DNA of 63,138 bases, the filler included, from Octopus bimaculoides (taxonomy: Eukaryota): NCBI RefSeq assembly GCF_001194135.2. It is 6 parts of 6 records of this genome, joined end to end, with 100 filler letters (N's around TTAATTAATTAA, not from the genome) between each part and the next. Parts side by side here need not be neighbours in the genome. Positions count along the whole stretch, not along the records: positions 1 to 17,255 come from NC_068990.1; 5 more parts are not named here. One strand, given 5' to 3'. Below, in pieces: positions 1-12,994 of this stretch (its first letter is position 1; each line of letters starts with the position of its first letter). Below the pieces are notes generated by a model. It saw nothing but the letters and a program-made list of their open reading frames with translations. It was not told the origin of the DNA and searched no databases. The translations under genes were made by a program, and so were the position numbers.

Positions 1-411
1 GTGATGGTGGTGGTGGTGGTGGTGGTGGTAGCGCTGGTGGTGTTGAGGTGGTTGTGTCAACGGCAGAAGTGTTTGTCTTATTGTGAATCTCCTATTCAAC
101 CTGTTGGGTATATTTTCAAGGGCGATGCTTCTTTCTTTCTTTTTTTTTTCTAAATTCTTTCTCTCCCCACCCCATTCCCTGGCGAAGATGCTTCCTGGCG
201 AGCCACTCAACTTAACCTCTTTGCACAAGTCGGAGAAGTCTATGGAAGTGAACGTATTTGTGAGTATGTTTGCAGTCTGGTAGACTAACTCAAGGAGACT
301 CACTTTAGATTGTGGTGGTGTTGACAATTGTGTCCTCCTGGGCAGTGTGGCATTTGTATTTGCTGCTGTTGCGTCGGCACCCTTATTTCCATTGCGGCGA
401 ACATAAAGACT
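1..411 (-). CDS. Putative coding exon fragment, unknown low-complexity protein (runs off the window start)
   Basis: 137 stop-free codons on the minus strand (SLYVRRNGNKGADATAANTNATLPRR...DFSDLCKEVKLSGSPGSIFARE...QPPQHHQRYHHHH). An internal strong donor AAA|GTGAGT lies at 304/303. No Met in this frame and no recognisable domain. Confidence 0.3.
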
Positions 412-603
412 TTAGATGGTTTGTGTTACCGCGTATGTGACACACTAACATTCTACCCTCAAGCACCACCAGGTGTTGCAAACCAACTTTCAGATTGATC
501 AGGTAAAGGATAATTTCCAAACGTTCTTGATATGTCTGGACCTATAGCTCATTTCGTGGACTTGGAAGTTATGTGTGTGTGTGTGTCTTGAATAAATATA
601 ATA

Positions 604-782
604 TGTGACAATTAGTTTGTTGTCATAATAAAACTCAGAGTTTCGGATGCCAGGGCTGAAGTCTGCTCTGGTACCTCATCAGTTATAGCGTTTGTTTTAA
701 TAATTTATGAGATGCCGGAGCTGACTTCAGCCCCGGCATCCAAAACTCCGAATTTTATTATGAAAACCAACAAATTGTCACA
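604..782. mobile_element. Palindromic element made of two head-to-head hammerhead-bearing repeat units
   Basis: tgtgacaatt...aattgtcaca termini; the arms are reverse complements over nearly the whole length. The right arm (698-760) holds a decayed plus-strand hammerhead (UAAUAA UUUAUGA GAUGCCGG..CCGGCAUCC AAAA ... UUAUUA). Flanked by TA-rich repeats. Confidence 0.7.
628..686 (-). ncRNA. Type I hammerhead ribozyme fold (left arm of a palindromic element)
   Basis: Minus RNA: AUAA CUGAUGA GGUACCAGAGCAGACUUCAGCCCUGGCAUCC GAAA CU CUG AG UU UUAU. 4-bp helix I, long imperfect helix II closed by G-C, 3-bp helix III, GUU triplet. Confidence 0.62.
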
Positions 783-1820
783 TATTATATATATATATAT
801 ATATATATATACCATTATACTATTTACTAGTTATTCTTTTTGTATTTTTGTATTTTATTGATTTTTTGAGTAAGGTTTTTGTAATATATTTGTTTTCTGG
901 AGGGTGTGAGTTGAATTCTTCTTGGTTGAATTATTTAATAGTGGTTTTTCTTTAAATTATATATATATATATTAAATTATTGATACAGAAGAGAGACTGT
1001 ATTGAAACTTTTATTAAGCACAACAATCGTTTTGGCTTACTTCTGCACTGCTTCTTAATGGGTGGGGAACGAATGCATCCATAGTGCAGAAGAAACCTCC
1101 ACAGGTTACATAAAAGGTTTCAGTATTATAAGATGAACTGCTAAAAGTGAACTGCTACAAACACAAGTATGGTACCCGCATCATCCTGCCACAGATAGTA
1201 GCGACATGTACACCTTATAATACTGATGCCTTTTTTGTAACTTGTGGAGGTTTTTCTGCACTATGGGTGCATTTGGCTCCATTATATCGCTCCCCACTCA
1301 CTAGGAAGCAGTGCATAAATAAGACGAAACGATTGTTGTGCCTAATAGATCTTCCAGTACACTCTCTCTTCCGCATTAATCATTTAAAATATACAAAATA
1401 TGCACTGAGGAATTCCATACGCAGATACTGCGACAAAAGTGTTGTACTTTCATGACGTATATATTTCTGCTTTTAGGATGTAAAATTGCGAATTAGCCAC
1501 CCATATTATATATAGTTTTCATTTTTACTGGTTATGAAATCAGCGTATGATTTCAACGGAAATTTTATAAGCTGACATGGCGAGCTGAGTTTAACCCTAG
1601 GCACAGTGTGAGCCACCGATGAGCATTAAGATGCGTTAAGCATCAAAATGAGAAATGATCGGTGATCTGGCTATATCAGCGACCGTAGCTATATTTGTCT
1701 CCCTTGTCAGTCATTAAGATAATGCTTCTGTGGCCATTGAGTTGTTTTGACTTTTATTTCTAGCAATACTGGTGCTGACAAGTGCCCTTTGTCATTTTAT
1801 TCACGTACATACACACATAT

Positions 1821-1867
<47 letters not shown>

Positions 1868-2255
1868 TATACATATATGCATACGCACCCAAGCATGGAT
1901 GGATGGGTGGACGGACGGATGGACGTATAGTACATATCCTCTTTACTGCACCAAAACTTTTCCGCATGAAACCTGTATAGAAACTAAAACAACTGAACTG
2001 GCATTGTTCCTACACGACAGTTGGATAACATTAGTAACATGAGTCACATAAATTTGTTACCAGTCTTTCGTGTAAAGTCTGCAAATATAATTTGCGACGA
2101 AAATGTAAAGACTACATATAATGCTCTGCATGATGGGTAGAGGTTGTCACGATGCAACTCACTAACATTTTAATGTGTATCACACCAATATATACGACTG
2201 TATATATGCACACACATAAACATATACCAGCTTACATATTTTAACACACATACAA

Positions 2256-2311
<56 letters not shown>

Positions 2312-2919
2312 ATCTATGCAGTGGATGACTGACATATATTAAATAGGCCTCAGAAGATTCAAAAATAAAGTGAAACTCAGTGTCGTTTGAACTCATAACG
2401 TAAAATTATATAACTAAAGTGCCTAAGGGAATTTAACCAGCGGTGTACTGACATTGCTATCTATTCTTTCTTGTTAAAGGGAATGACATATTAACGATTA
2501 ACATCTGGAATAAATCCAGCGTAGTAAGAATGTCGTCTCCTCTTCCGTAATGGATTAACTAATTCACTAATAATAGATTGAATGTCGAACAATTAACAGC
2601 AATCAACTAAATTGCATTCTCTCCTTTATAGATAAACATCTCGGTTGCTATGGTTATTCTGCAAGTCACTTGATTTTCTGTAGTTCTCTCTTTTGATAAA
2701 TCATGTATTTTCACTGCGAGTTGCAATGCTATATATATATATATGTATATATTTATATATGTATATATATATGTATATGTATATGTATGTATGTATGTAT
2801 GCATGCATGTATGTATGTATGTATGTATGTATGTATGTATGTATGTATGTATGTATGTATGTATGAGTGTGTGTGTGTGTGTGTGAGAGAGGTAAAGAGA
2901 AAATAGAATTCGCGAGATT

Positions 2920-2977
2920 CTTTATTTTTCACGACGATCGTTTCGACCCATCATGCACTGATGCCTCGTGAGTGAGA
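2920..2977 (-). ncRNA. Decayed hammerhead of a Penelope-like terminal repeat
   Basis: 3-prime half intact (CAUCA GUGCA UGAUG GGUC GAAA C GAUC GUC GUGAAA, then AAUAAA). Helix I UCUCAC/GUGAAA. The 5-prime core has decayed to UCACGA. Confidence 0.4.
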
Positions 2978-3870
2978 CGCTGTACAAAAAGTGACGGTGC
3001 ATTATAGGTGCAGATGTATCAAAAGGTATCTGTTTTTTAATCTCCGTTTCACTAATTTCGATTAAAATTCATTTGGTGGTTGTAGTTCGCTACCGCTTTC
3101 AGTGGAAATGGAAATCACTATCTCCTGATCGTGCATGCAACTTCCTAACCACCGGATCATGCGCCTTAACTGTGTATACACACACAGACACACACATACA
3201 CACACACATACACACATACATACATACATACATACATACATACATACATACATACATACATGTATTTGAATGTGTATTTACTCACGCTAAACTTTTTAAA
3301 TTTGAATATCTGAAAATGGTTTTTATGATATATTTTATTAAGAGGTATTAGGTCATATTATATGAAGGAATATTATGTTGTATCATATTAAGGGATAATT
3401 TGTAATATATTAAATATTATTATGTAATATACTAATGGTATTATGTTATATATTAAATTGTATTATACCAAAGGATTTCGTGAATTACAGAATATCTAAA
3501 TGTAGAGACAATTGTAATGCACTCAAATATGAATGTCGGATGTTTCAGTTGTGCGTTTTTAAATGTTCGTAAATATTTGAAAGAACGGGTTGTCATTATG
3601 AGAAGTGGAAGGGAAAATGTAGTTTGTTAGTTTGTGAACATCCTTCTCTGGATTATTGATAATTGATTATTGATTATTGCTTATGGGTGGAAATCACAGA
3701 TACAAGTTTGACAAGGGTGAATCAAAAAGGAATGCAATTTTTATTTGCATCGCTTTTTAATTTACCTTTGTATATTTGAGTGTATGTGGTACACACCGTT
3801 ATTTTGACATTGCATTTAAAAGGTTAACGGTTCACAGTCTCAAGTTCTATTCTCATTACATCCTCTCAAT

Positions 3871-4924
3871 CAGTGGTTTCCAACGTGGTCCCTAGGGCCC
3901 AACGGTGGTCCCCAGAGAATTTCTAGTGGTCCCCAGAGAATTCGTAGCCATAAAAGAATTGAAGCCATATCAGGTCTACACAATATTGTTCAATAATAAA
4001 GACACTGTTAGTTAATCATAATTTATATGAAGACAGAATAATGATAAGAAAACAAAATTCAATAATTATTCCACAAGAATCAATAATGTATAATATATAA
4101 TCAATAATATATTACAATCAAGAATTACATAATTTAAATTTTACAATCACCACTGTTTCATAATAAATTTGATATTTTTAATAGATCACTACACAATATT
4201 GTTTAATAATAAATTTGATACATTTAATTTGCAGAAATAAAGTATTATTTTTATTTTTGTTAAGATCAGTTGTAATAATGTTTGAATCAACTGCCAAAAA
4301 GCAAAACTGAGGAACTACAAAGAAGATTTTATCGTGTTTGGTTTTGTATCTGTAGACTCAAAACTTATGTGTCTTGAATGTGATGCCATCATGACAAATC
4401 ATTCCATGAAGAAAGTTAATCTGGGACAGCACCAGAAATTAAGGCATCACATCAAAATATTTTTCGACACGTAGAAGCAAGCATCATTTCTTTCCCTATC
4501 ACATGGATGGTGGAATCTGCATTTTCAGCTGTTGTAGATATTTTAAGTAGAAAAAGAAGTAAATTAGATGTTAACAGCAGAGGAACTATCAGACTAAGAC
4601 TAAATGAGTTCATTAAAATTGATTATGATATCTTGTGTCAGAAACACCAATATCAAGCTAGTCACTAGCTGAATGGACTAAAAAGGAACGACTTTATGAA
4701 AAATGATTTTAACATCTTGCGTTTATCTTTGTTTACTAAAATAAATTTTAAATTTTATCTTTGGTTTGCTAAAATAAATTTTAAAGTGTAAATAGACTAT
4801 TTTGTCTTTTCATTAAGTATTTTAGTGTGAAAATAGAACAGCATAAAATAAAAGTAGAAGTGGTCCCTAGAGATTTTTTCAAGTAAAAAATGGTCCCTGG
4901 GCTGAAAAAAGTTGGGAACCACTG
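3871..4924 (+). mobile_element. Internally deleted hAT (Charlie/Buster-like) DNA transposon
   Basis: TIRs CAGTGGTTTCCAAC / GTTGGGAACCACTG and 8-bp TSD CTCTCAAT/CTCTAAAT. Subterminal TGGTCCC repeats. Transposase N-terminal remnant (RNYKEDFIVFGFVSVDSKLMCLECDAIMTNHSMKKVNL..HQ...H) and C-terminal remnant (FPITWMVESAFSAVVDILSRKRSKLD...RGTIRLRL...HQYQASH*). Confidence 0.9.
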
Positions 4925-4959
4925 CTCTAAATTAATGAACTTTGTAATACTTAGCTTAG

Positions 4960-5238
4960 TCATTAGACTGAGGCCTGCTGGGCCACAGTCTTGAAGAATT
5001 TTTAGTCGAATGAATCGACCCCAGTCCCTATTTTCTAAGCATGGTACTTACTTAATCGATCTTTTTTGCCGAACCACTGGATTAAGGGGACGTAAACACG
5101 CTAACAGTGGTCGTCAAGCGGTGGTGGGGGACAAAGAAAGCCTCAAAAACACACGCACATTCACTCACACACACACATTTATATAAGATATGAAATACTT
5201 CTTTCAGTTTCCGTCTGCAAAATCCAATCACAAGGCTT
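4960..5238 (-). mobile_element. Older family A SINE copy
   Basis: Diverged tail and central domain on the minus strand. Confidence 0.65.
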
Positions 5239-6984
5239 AGGTTTTAAATTAAGCCAACATTTATGAGGAAAGTAGATAGCCGATTACCATTGATCTCAGT
5301 ACTTTACTGCTACTTTATTTGATAGACCCTAAAAGAATGAAAGTCTAACTTCGAGAGATTTGAACTCAGATTTTAAATAGTTGCAACATATACTACAACT
5401 CACTTTGCCTGACGTTTAACGAGTCTGCAAACCCACCACCCTTTTTTCAACTCTGAAAATTAAAATGCCAAACAGACACATGAAAGCTATGATCATATGA
5501 TGAGACACCTCCAAAAGTCAGTTTCTATTCTCAAACGAATGTAATTTAATTTCACTTACGGCTGCTAACGCGTCTAAGAAAGGCATGGTTTAAGAAAACC
5601 GTATTACTCTCCACTACAAATTGTTTTCGTCACACGCCTGAATAACAATTCAACACGAGAAAATACTTTTACAGAGTGACAGTTTTCTTTTTAATAAACC
5701 TATTACAAAGCGTCGTATTTTAACTTTGAGAAACTCATTATAAAAAGTTTTAGTTACGATTTTATATAAACGCTATATACGATTAATGGCAAAGCACAAG
5801 GTCAGTTCTGTAGATAGAGTGCATAGATTTAATTGAATCGACCACATCATATTACTGAAACTTAATTTATTGTTCCTTTATCTCTCTTAGTAGAGTAGAA
5901 ACAATGTGCTATTTACGTCTCATCAAGATCGTGTTGCGTAAAATGAAATAACATTTATAAAATATATAAAACTGAAACGGTACTGCCTTTAATATTTTGT
6001 CCCATTTAGCTTCTCAAAGGGATTTTTGCATTAAAAACAGAGCTTTGCGAATACCGTTTCTATACATATTATAAATATGTGTATACACCGGTATTATTGC
6101 AAGTGTGTATACTTAATTCTAACCTGGCTAACTTTCTCACAAATCAGTTAATGTTTTATTTAACAACTTCTACGCCAGAACAAGCATTTTCTGCTTGGCT
6201 TAGAACGCCCGAGGTATATGTCACTGACGAAATCAAGTCAGATCAAAACAACGTATCAGGCGTTTCACTACGTTTTGAGTGAAGCCCTGTGTTCTTAACA
6301 TAAGAGTCTCTGAGACAAAATATTGCAGTTAGTGCCGCTTCACACTGATCAACCCTGCGTGAGCAGGAAGTTAACACGAAGAGGTATCATCAAATTATGC
6401 ATTTAATCCACGTTATATTTTCTATTAGAGTCAGCATAAATATTTGAACTCTAATATGATTGAAATACAAAATGCTGAAGAGACAAGCATGAAAGAACGC
6501 TAATCTTGTGAGACAACACTTTAATTAGGTTTCGACAATTTCCACAATATAATTTAATGATATTTATCATTGCCAATGTTTGTGTTCATCGTGTATTTAC
6601 TGTGAGGTATGCTCTTCTATGATATTGAACCAGTTCTTAAAATAGGCGACAGTTTGAGCCACATTTTACAAGATGTCTTATTAACCATAGACGATACCAC
6701 GGACTTGAGCAATGAAACTAAGGGTATATTTTAGAAGACAAAAATGTTTTTTAGAAATTGTATGTGAACATTTTCTCTTATATTATGAAGTTTCGCATAT
6801 TTGTTTAACATCGTTTAAAAAAAGATGCCTAGCTTGATGATTCTATTTGGGACAAAAGAAGTTTTCTTGCTGACATCATGGAAACATTTTATCACTCTGT
6901 TAAATTGGTAAATCCGTGTTTTTGGAGAGATTTAGTTCTCACACAAACACGTATGTGCATATCTATGTATGTATGATTGTATGT

Positions 6985-7032
6985 GTGTACGCATGTATGT
7001 ATGTATGTATGTATGTATGTATGTATGTATGT

Positions 7033-7093
<61 letters not shown>
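6985..7093 (+). repeat. (TATG)n(TAGA)n compound microsatellite
   Basis: Directly visible. Similar compound tracts occur at 2770-2885, 7860-7965 and 53700-53840. Confidence 0.95.
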
Positions 7094-7096
<3 letters not shown>

Positions 7097-7876
7097 ACAT
7101 AGCGTTGAGACGAGTGACACCGATCACGTGTGATGTATAGTTTCGACTCTGATGAAAGAAAAACAGTTTCGATCCCATAATTTCAAATTGCGTGCTCCAG
7201 TTAATTCTTATAGTAGAGGTTTACACCACACATGATACCTATTTACAACTAAGGTGATTGAGATAGAGATAGCTACAAGACTAGAAAAGAATTAACAAAT
7301 GTTTTTGTTATGAACGTAGCAGACATGAATTCAGTATCCGATAACATGTTAGTGCTAATTACAAAACGTCAGCGTTGCATCTGTAATATATTTGTGCTCT
7401 AGCCTCGGAAAGAGTTAACTGTCATTCATTAATGCCATGAAGCTTAGGTTTTGAGTATTAGAAAGCAGAATTAAAATACCTGATTTCAATGTACACGTGA
7501 AAAATTTACACGCAAAACGAAATCGTTTGTTTTGGTTTCTTTATTTTACAGTGTTTGTTCATGCAGCTCCGAGAAACGATTTGTATTAAGTGCTTAAGCT
7601 GTACGATACCATTTTATTACGTCAATACCAAATTAATATCAATATAGTTGTGGCTGTTGTTGTTGCTGTTATAGCTGTTTTTAATACAGTTGTTACAAAT
7701 GGAAAGTAAAGCCTTATTGTTGGAGATCCTATCATCTAACTAATGAATCCCTTTTCAGTTCTATATTACTGCTGCTGCTTGCAGCAATAAGTCAATTTAC
7801 TCCGTAATATTTATTCACAATGAAGAAGAGTGGGTGTTTAAGAGTTCGTTTTTGTTTTTGTGTATGTGCGTGTGTG

Positions 7877-7968
<92 letters not shown>

Positions 7969-8510
7969 TATCTAATTTCATTATAATGCTAGAGACAGAA
8001 TACATTTTATTGATAGCACGATTGATAAGCTAAATATCATATAGACTCAGCCATTAGCAGCGAGCTGCTAATGTAGTTGATTTGGTAGTGGAGAATCTGA
8101 AAGAAAATATTTCCATCAGATCTGCTCAAGGAAGCGTAGAACGCAAAGAGTAACGCATGGCACAAAAGGGAAATACTTAACAGCCAATTTTGATATATTT
8201 ACTCTTGGACTTCACAATACATTCTGTCGTATATTTATGTATAATGTGCTTGTTTCGTGATTGCTACGTCATATGTTTCTAATGTGCTTTCCAGGCAGTT
8301 TTTAAGACTCTAGAAATTCGTATGGGAAATTTTGATTAGGTAGTTACTATTATATCTTGCAATTGATAAAATACAGCAGTTGTTCTTTGCTGTGGATGCA
8401 ATGGCTTACATAGCTGAATATCAGAGTCGCTGAAAGTAAAAGTTTAACACCTACATCTCATCAATAGCGCTGCACTGTATATCAAACAACTATGATCCAT
8501 AGAAATTTAT

Positions 8511-8549
<39 letters not shown>

Positions 8550-8761
8550 CACACACACCCACACACATATATACTTTATTGAAAATCAGCAGAAATATCA
8601 CAAAAACTGTTACTCAGAGTTTCACGTTTCCGTTTGTCGGACAGTTTTGTTAGAATGGAACAGAAATGACCATATAATCAAACTAGTTTAAAGGATACAT
8701 CTTCTAAAATGGTTTTGATTCATTGGTCCTTTCAATTTAACGGTTTTCAACTAACGGTCTT

Positions 8762-8969
8762 AATGTTTTAGTCGAACAAATCGACCCCCAGGACTTATTT
8801 CTTAAGCGTAGTACTTATTTTATAGGTCTCTTTTGTTGAACCGCTAAGTTATGGGGACGTAAACAAACCAACACCAAAGTTGAAGACACTTGCTCAGAGT
8901 GCCACGCAGTGGGACTGAACATGGAACCATGTGGCTGGGAAACAAGCTTCGTACTACACAACCACGCCT
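8762..8969 (-). mobile_element. Family A SINE copy with internal deletion
   Basis: Tail region fused to the head (GACACTTGCTCAGAGTGCCACGCAGTGGGACTGAAC...). Confidence 0.65.
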
Positions 8970-10129
8970 GTTAAATCGGTAAATCCATGTTTTTGAAGAG
9001 ATTTAGTTCTCAATAGAGATTCAGATGTCAATCCATTACGGCCGTTTCTAACGACTCCTTTAGTTGATTAATGAAAACATTACATCATTATAAAGAAACC
9101 GTTTCCTCAAGATTACAGAGCCTCGGTTTCACTAGGATGTTTAAAGAAAGCTGCAACTGCATATGGGAAATAGATACGAGGCGACGTAATAAGGGAAGTT
9201 TCTATGTGCTTGCTTAATCCGCTAGAAGCAACCACAGATGTACCCTCAAATCACATGTTTAGTCTTTCAGAATGAAAGGGTATATGGGATAATGTAGTAT
9301 AAATAAAGCAAGCTTGAAGGAAAAGCAGGATGTTCACGGTTTAAATACATTTAATCATAGCTCTACATGACTAAATGCGATCAAAGTTGATTTGGACTAA
9401 GCAGCTCAAGTCGTGGTTCTGAAGAAAGCGAGGGGTAGTTGGAGAACTATAAACGTTTGTAGGTACTTAGTTACATCTTATGTAATTCTGAGTAATTACA
9501 TTTTAAGTGAATACCTAATGTACTCAGTCAACATGGACACATAAGATACGCAGTTCACTGAATACTTTATGTAACGTCTATGCGATGTAGCCACCTGTGG
9601 TTATCAATGATTAATCAGATATATGATGAAAGACATTCCAGCTATCACCCTCTCACATTTTATTCATACAATTTAGCTTTTAAAGTTTGGCAGAAGAACA
9701 GCAGTTTCGGAGTAAATGAGTAAGTCGACATCATCGTCCTCCATTGTTCAGCTGGTACTTATTCTATCGAACTCGAAAGGATGAAATGCAAGTCGATCTT
9801 GTGTCCGACGTTTCTAAAAACTAATTCAAGATGTGTTTTGAAGGAGTTTTAGCTGCTACCTGAGCAGATCAAGCGAGTACAAAGAGTCATTCGTTGGCAC
9901 GTACTTATTTATGTTATTGTTGTTTAGCGCTCAAATTGGATGTGTGATCACTCGACATTCCATCTGTGACCGTCATGACTTCTGCTTCAGCTATAATGTA
10001 TCTGGGTCCATATTTATTAATTTATCCTGAGTGTGTTTAAATCAGGAGGAATGTTTTATATATGTCAATGTATTTGTATTGGACTCTATCGTCGCTTCGA
10101 GAAATGTGGGTTCAGCAAGATACGACTGT

Positions 10130-10400
10130 ACAGTGTAGGATTGCGGAATACGACCATCACCCTATGGCCACCACTGTGCAGGGTCAAGGCTGAAGACTTC
10201 CAGTATCATCTTCTACCTGTCTCCATCACCTCTTTTCCCATCGCCCACGGACGTACCAAGAAAGTGTGATGATGTTGGTGTTGGTGCCTTGGTCTGCTGA
10301 CCATCCAGCACGATGAACATTATAATAGTGTGCATGGTTTATGCCAGTCATCGGCAATCTTCGGCCATCGAGACATTCTCTATTGCACGCCTAACAAAAA
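10130..10400 (-). mobile_element. Probable old RTE-like LINE 3-prime remnant
   Basis: Frameshifted ITLSWY..GDGKRG....W..VEDD resembles the RTE C-terminal W.P.DGKR.RGRP..RW.DD motif. Very decayed. Confidence 0.3.
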
Positions 10401-10532
10401 GTTACTTTGAACTTTTTAGTTGTGCGGCCCGCCAGATGATGGGCTATGTCTCATGCAGCCTGCTTGTCGAAAAATGTTTCGTTTACTTCGTTTATATGTG
10501 TGTGTGTGTGTGTGTATCAATCTCTATTAATC

Positions 10533-10593
<61 letters not shown>

Positions 10594-10797
10594 NNNNNNN
10601 NNNNNNNNNNNNNNNNNNNNNNNNNNNNNNNNNNNNNNNNNNNNNNNNNNNNNNNNNNNNNNNNNNNNNNNNNNNNNNNNNNNNNNNNNNNNNNNNNNNN
10701 NNNNNNNNNNNNNNNNNNNNNNNNNNNNNNNNNNNNNNNNNNNNNNNNNNNNNNNNNNNNNNNNNNNNNNNNNNNNNNNNNNNNNNNNNNNNNNNNN

Positions 10798-10835
<38 letters not shown>

Positions 10836-11139
10836 ATCATTAAAGTGGCTAGACGCAATTTAAAACCAAAAGGCACAAATACAATCGTGACTGAAAGTGA
10901 AAAAGGGTGCAATTCAGCACCAGCATTGCTAGAAATAAAAGTCAAAATAGCTGTGAAACTTAGTGCGTATGCACAGCAGGGTTCAAGTCCAACCTGCGCC
11001 AAGCAGCTTTACTCTGCGTGCTTTAGCTTCGTTACTATGGCAACAGTCCGGATACTTATTGATCAGACCACGTACGTGTGTGTGTGTAATCCTTTGCATC
11101 ATAGGAACATGGTATAAAATTCTAGGGAAGAGGATGGTC

Positions 11140-11442
11140 GATTATATCAACTCCAATGCTTGGTCTGTTATCGACCTCGAAGAATGAAAAACAAAAATCG
11201 ATCTCGGCGGAATTTGAACTTTACATATTGATTTTAAAGTTTGGCAGAAGAACAGCAGTTTCGGAGTAAATGAGTAAGTCGACATCATCGTCCTCCATTG
11301 TTCAGCTGGTACTTATTCTATCGAACTCGAAAGGATGAAATGCAAGTCGATCTTGATTGAATTTGAACTCAGAACGTAAGGACAGATGAAATGCAGTTAA
11401 GCATTTTGCTCGGTGTACTAATGATTCTGCCGGGTCATCGCC
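11140..11442 (-). mobile_element. Composite of family B SINE pieces
   Basis: Two central-domain pieces plus a head on the minus strand. Includes the 124-bp segment duplicated at 9678-9801. Confidence 0.6.
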
Positions 11443-11854
11443 TTATATATATTGAATAATATAAAATCTGAAACTGCTGTCTCTGTTTGCGTTTACGTAA
11501 ACAGATATATCTATCTAATATGTGTATGCTTGTGTTACTGTCTGAATACATGCGTGTTGTATGTTAATGTATGCGTATATATGTTAGTGTGCGACTTTTA
11601 GCGATAGGAGTTTTATAAGGGAATCGCTAAATAGCAAAATAGAACATTATGTTAGCGTCTAAAGCACACCAATGTATAAGTATACACGTACACACATATA
11701 TACAACGACACACAATGGATGTCATTGACCTCATACAGAATACGATACTCTACAAAAGCTCTTTCATACATGTGCAACCTTTTATTATACACCGGATTCT
11801 GTTGTACTGTGTGATAACAAGTTGTACTGTTGTACTGTGTGATAACAAGGTGTG

Positions 11855-11989
11855 GCTGTGTGATAACAAGTTTGCTTCACATTTGCGGGTTCAATGCTAC
11901 TGCGTGTCACCTTGAGCAAGTATCTTCATCTATAACCATGGAGCCGACCAAAGCCTTGTGAGTGGATTTGGGAAATGGAAACTGAAAGA

Positions 11990-11992
<3 letters not shown>
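11855..11992 (+). mobile_element. Family A SINE head running into (TG)n
   Basis: GTGGCTGTGTG...GGGTTCAATG...CACCTTGAGCAAG...GACCAAAGCCTTGTGAGTGGATTTGG. Confidence 0.65.
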
Positions 11993-12062
<70 letters not shown>

Positions 12063-12244
12063 NNNNNNNNNNNNNNNNNNNNNNNNNNNNNNNNNNNNNN
12101 NNNNNNNNNNNNNNNNNNNNNNNNNNNNNNNNNNNNNNNNNNNNNNNNNNNNNNNNNNNNNNNNNNNNNNNNNNNNNNNNNNNNNNNNNNNNNNNNNNNN
12201 NNNNNNNNNNNNNNNNNNNNNNNNNNNNNNNNNNNNNNNNNNNN

Positions 12245-12309
<65 letters not shown>

Positions 12310-12310
12310 A

Positions 12311-12805
12311 CAGGGGTTGGACAAAATAATGGAAACACCTAGCATCAAAACATCATAATTTTGAAATAGCTATACAACCGTCAAAAGCTTGTTTATTTTT
12401 ATGTCTTTTTTTTATTATTAGTGTTGCTTAATATGTTTTGCTAAAATTGATGTTTGTTTTCAGATATCATCAGAAAAAGGTAATTAAAATACATTAAAAT
12501 AACAGATCTATCGGACTTTCAAAGATGTCAAATTGTTGGTGATCGTATGGCGAGCGCTAGCGTAACGAAAACAGCCGAAATGTTTCGTGAATCAAGAAGT
12601 ACTGTCTCGAAAGTAATGACAGCCTTTGAGAAAGAGGGAAAAACCGCCTCGTCGAAACAAAACTCCGGAAGAAAACCAAACCTTTCAGATAGGGACCGTC
12701 AGACTCTTACTCGAATTGTTAGAAAGGATCACCAAAGTACAGCTCCCAAAATTATTGCAGAGCTTAATGACCACCTCGAGAACCCAGTTTCCACAAAAAC
12801 TGTTC
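12311..12805 (+). mobile_element. 5-prime part of a Tc1-like transposon inserted at a TA in a (TG)n tract
   Basis: TA|CAGGGGTTGGACAAAATAATGGAAACACC terminus. HTH region DLSDFQRCQIVGDRMASASVTKTAEMFRESRSTVSKVMTAFEKEGKT...GRKPNLSDRDRQTLTRIVRKDH...VSTKTVR. The catalytic domain is absent. Confidence 0.88.
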
Positions 12806-12994
12806 GCGATTCACCTATCGTGCACTTAGTACATCGCGGATTTTTCTGGCTAATATATGTAAATTTATATCACAGACTCCTCAGCATATCCGGGTTTCTG
12901 CGGCCGATGGCTATTTATAGTCTTTTTTAGATTTTAATTATTTCTGTGGGAGGTTTTGGAACGTAACACCCGCGATAGTCGAGGGATTACTGTA
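12803..12994. mobile_element. One end of a pogo/Tigger-like non-autonomous DNA element
   Basis: Ends CCCGCGATAGTCGAGGGATTACTG|TA and contains the subterminal CACCTATCG-type motif. It truncates the Tc1 copy. Confidence 0.55.

Noticed and set aside
6220-6265. Hammerhead-like motifs at 6224 (CUGACGA), 6475 (CUGAAGA), 7150 (CUGAUGA) and 38917
   Set aside because: Each lacks GAAA in register or a pairable helix I.
8052-8073. 10-bp perfect hairpin CATTAGCAGC-GA-GCTGCTAATG, and the 16-bp palindrome at 15816-15831
   Set aside because: Isolated, no U-tract or repeat context, and plausible by chance in 63 kb.
10236-10369. 134-nt minus-strand exon with good splice sites (ACNRECLDGRRLPMTG...)
   Set aside because: Better explained as part of a decayed RTE-like 3-prime end. 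One open frame over 44 codons is common by chance.
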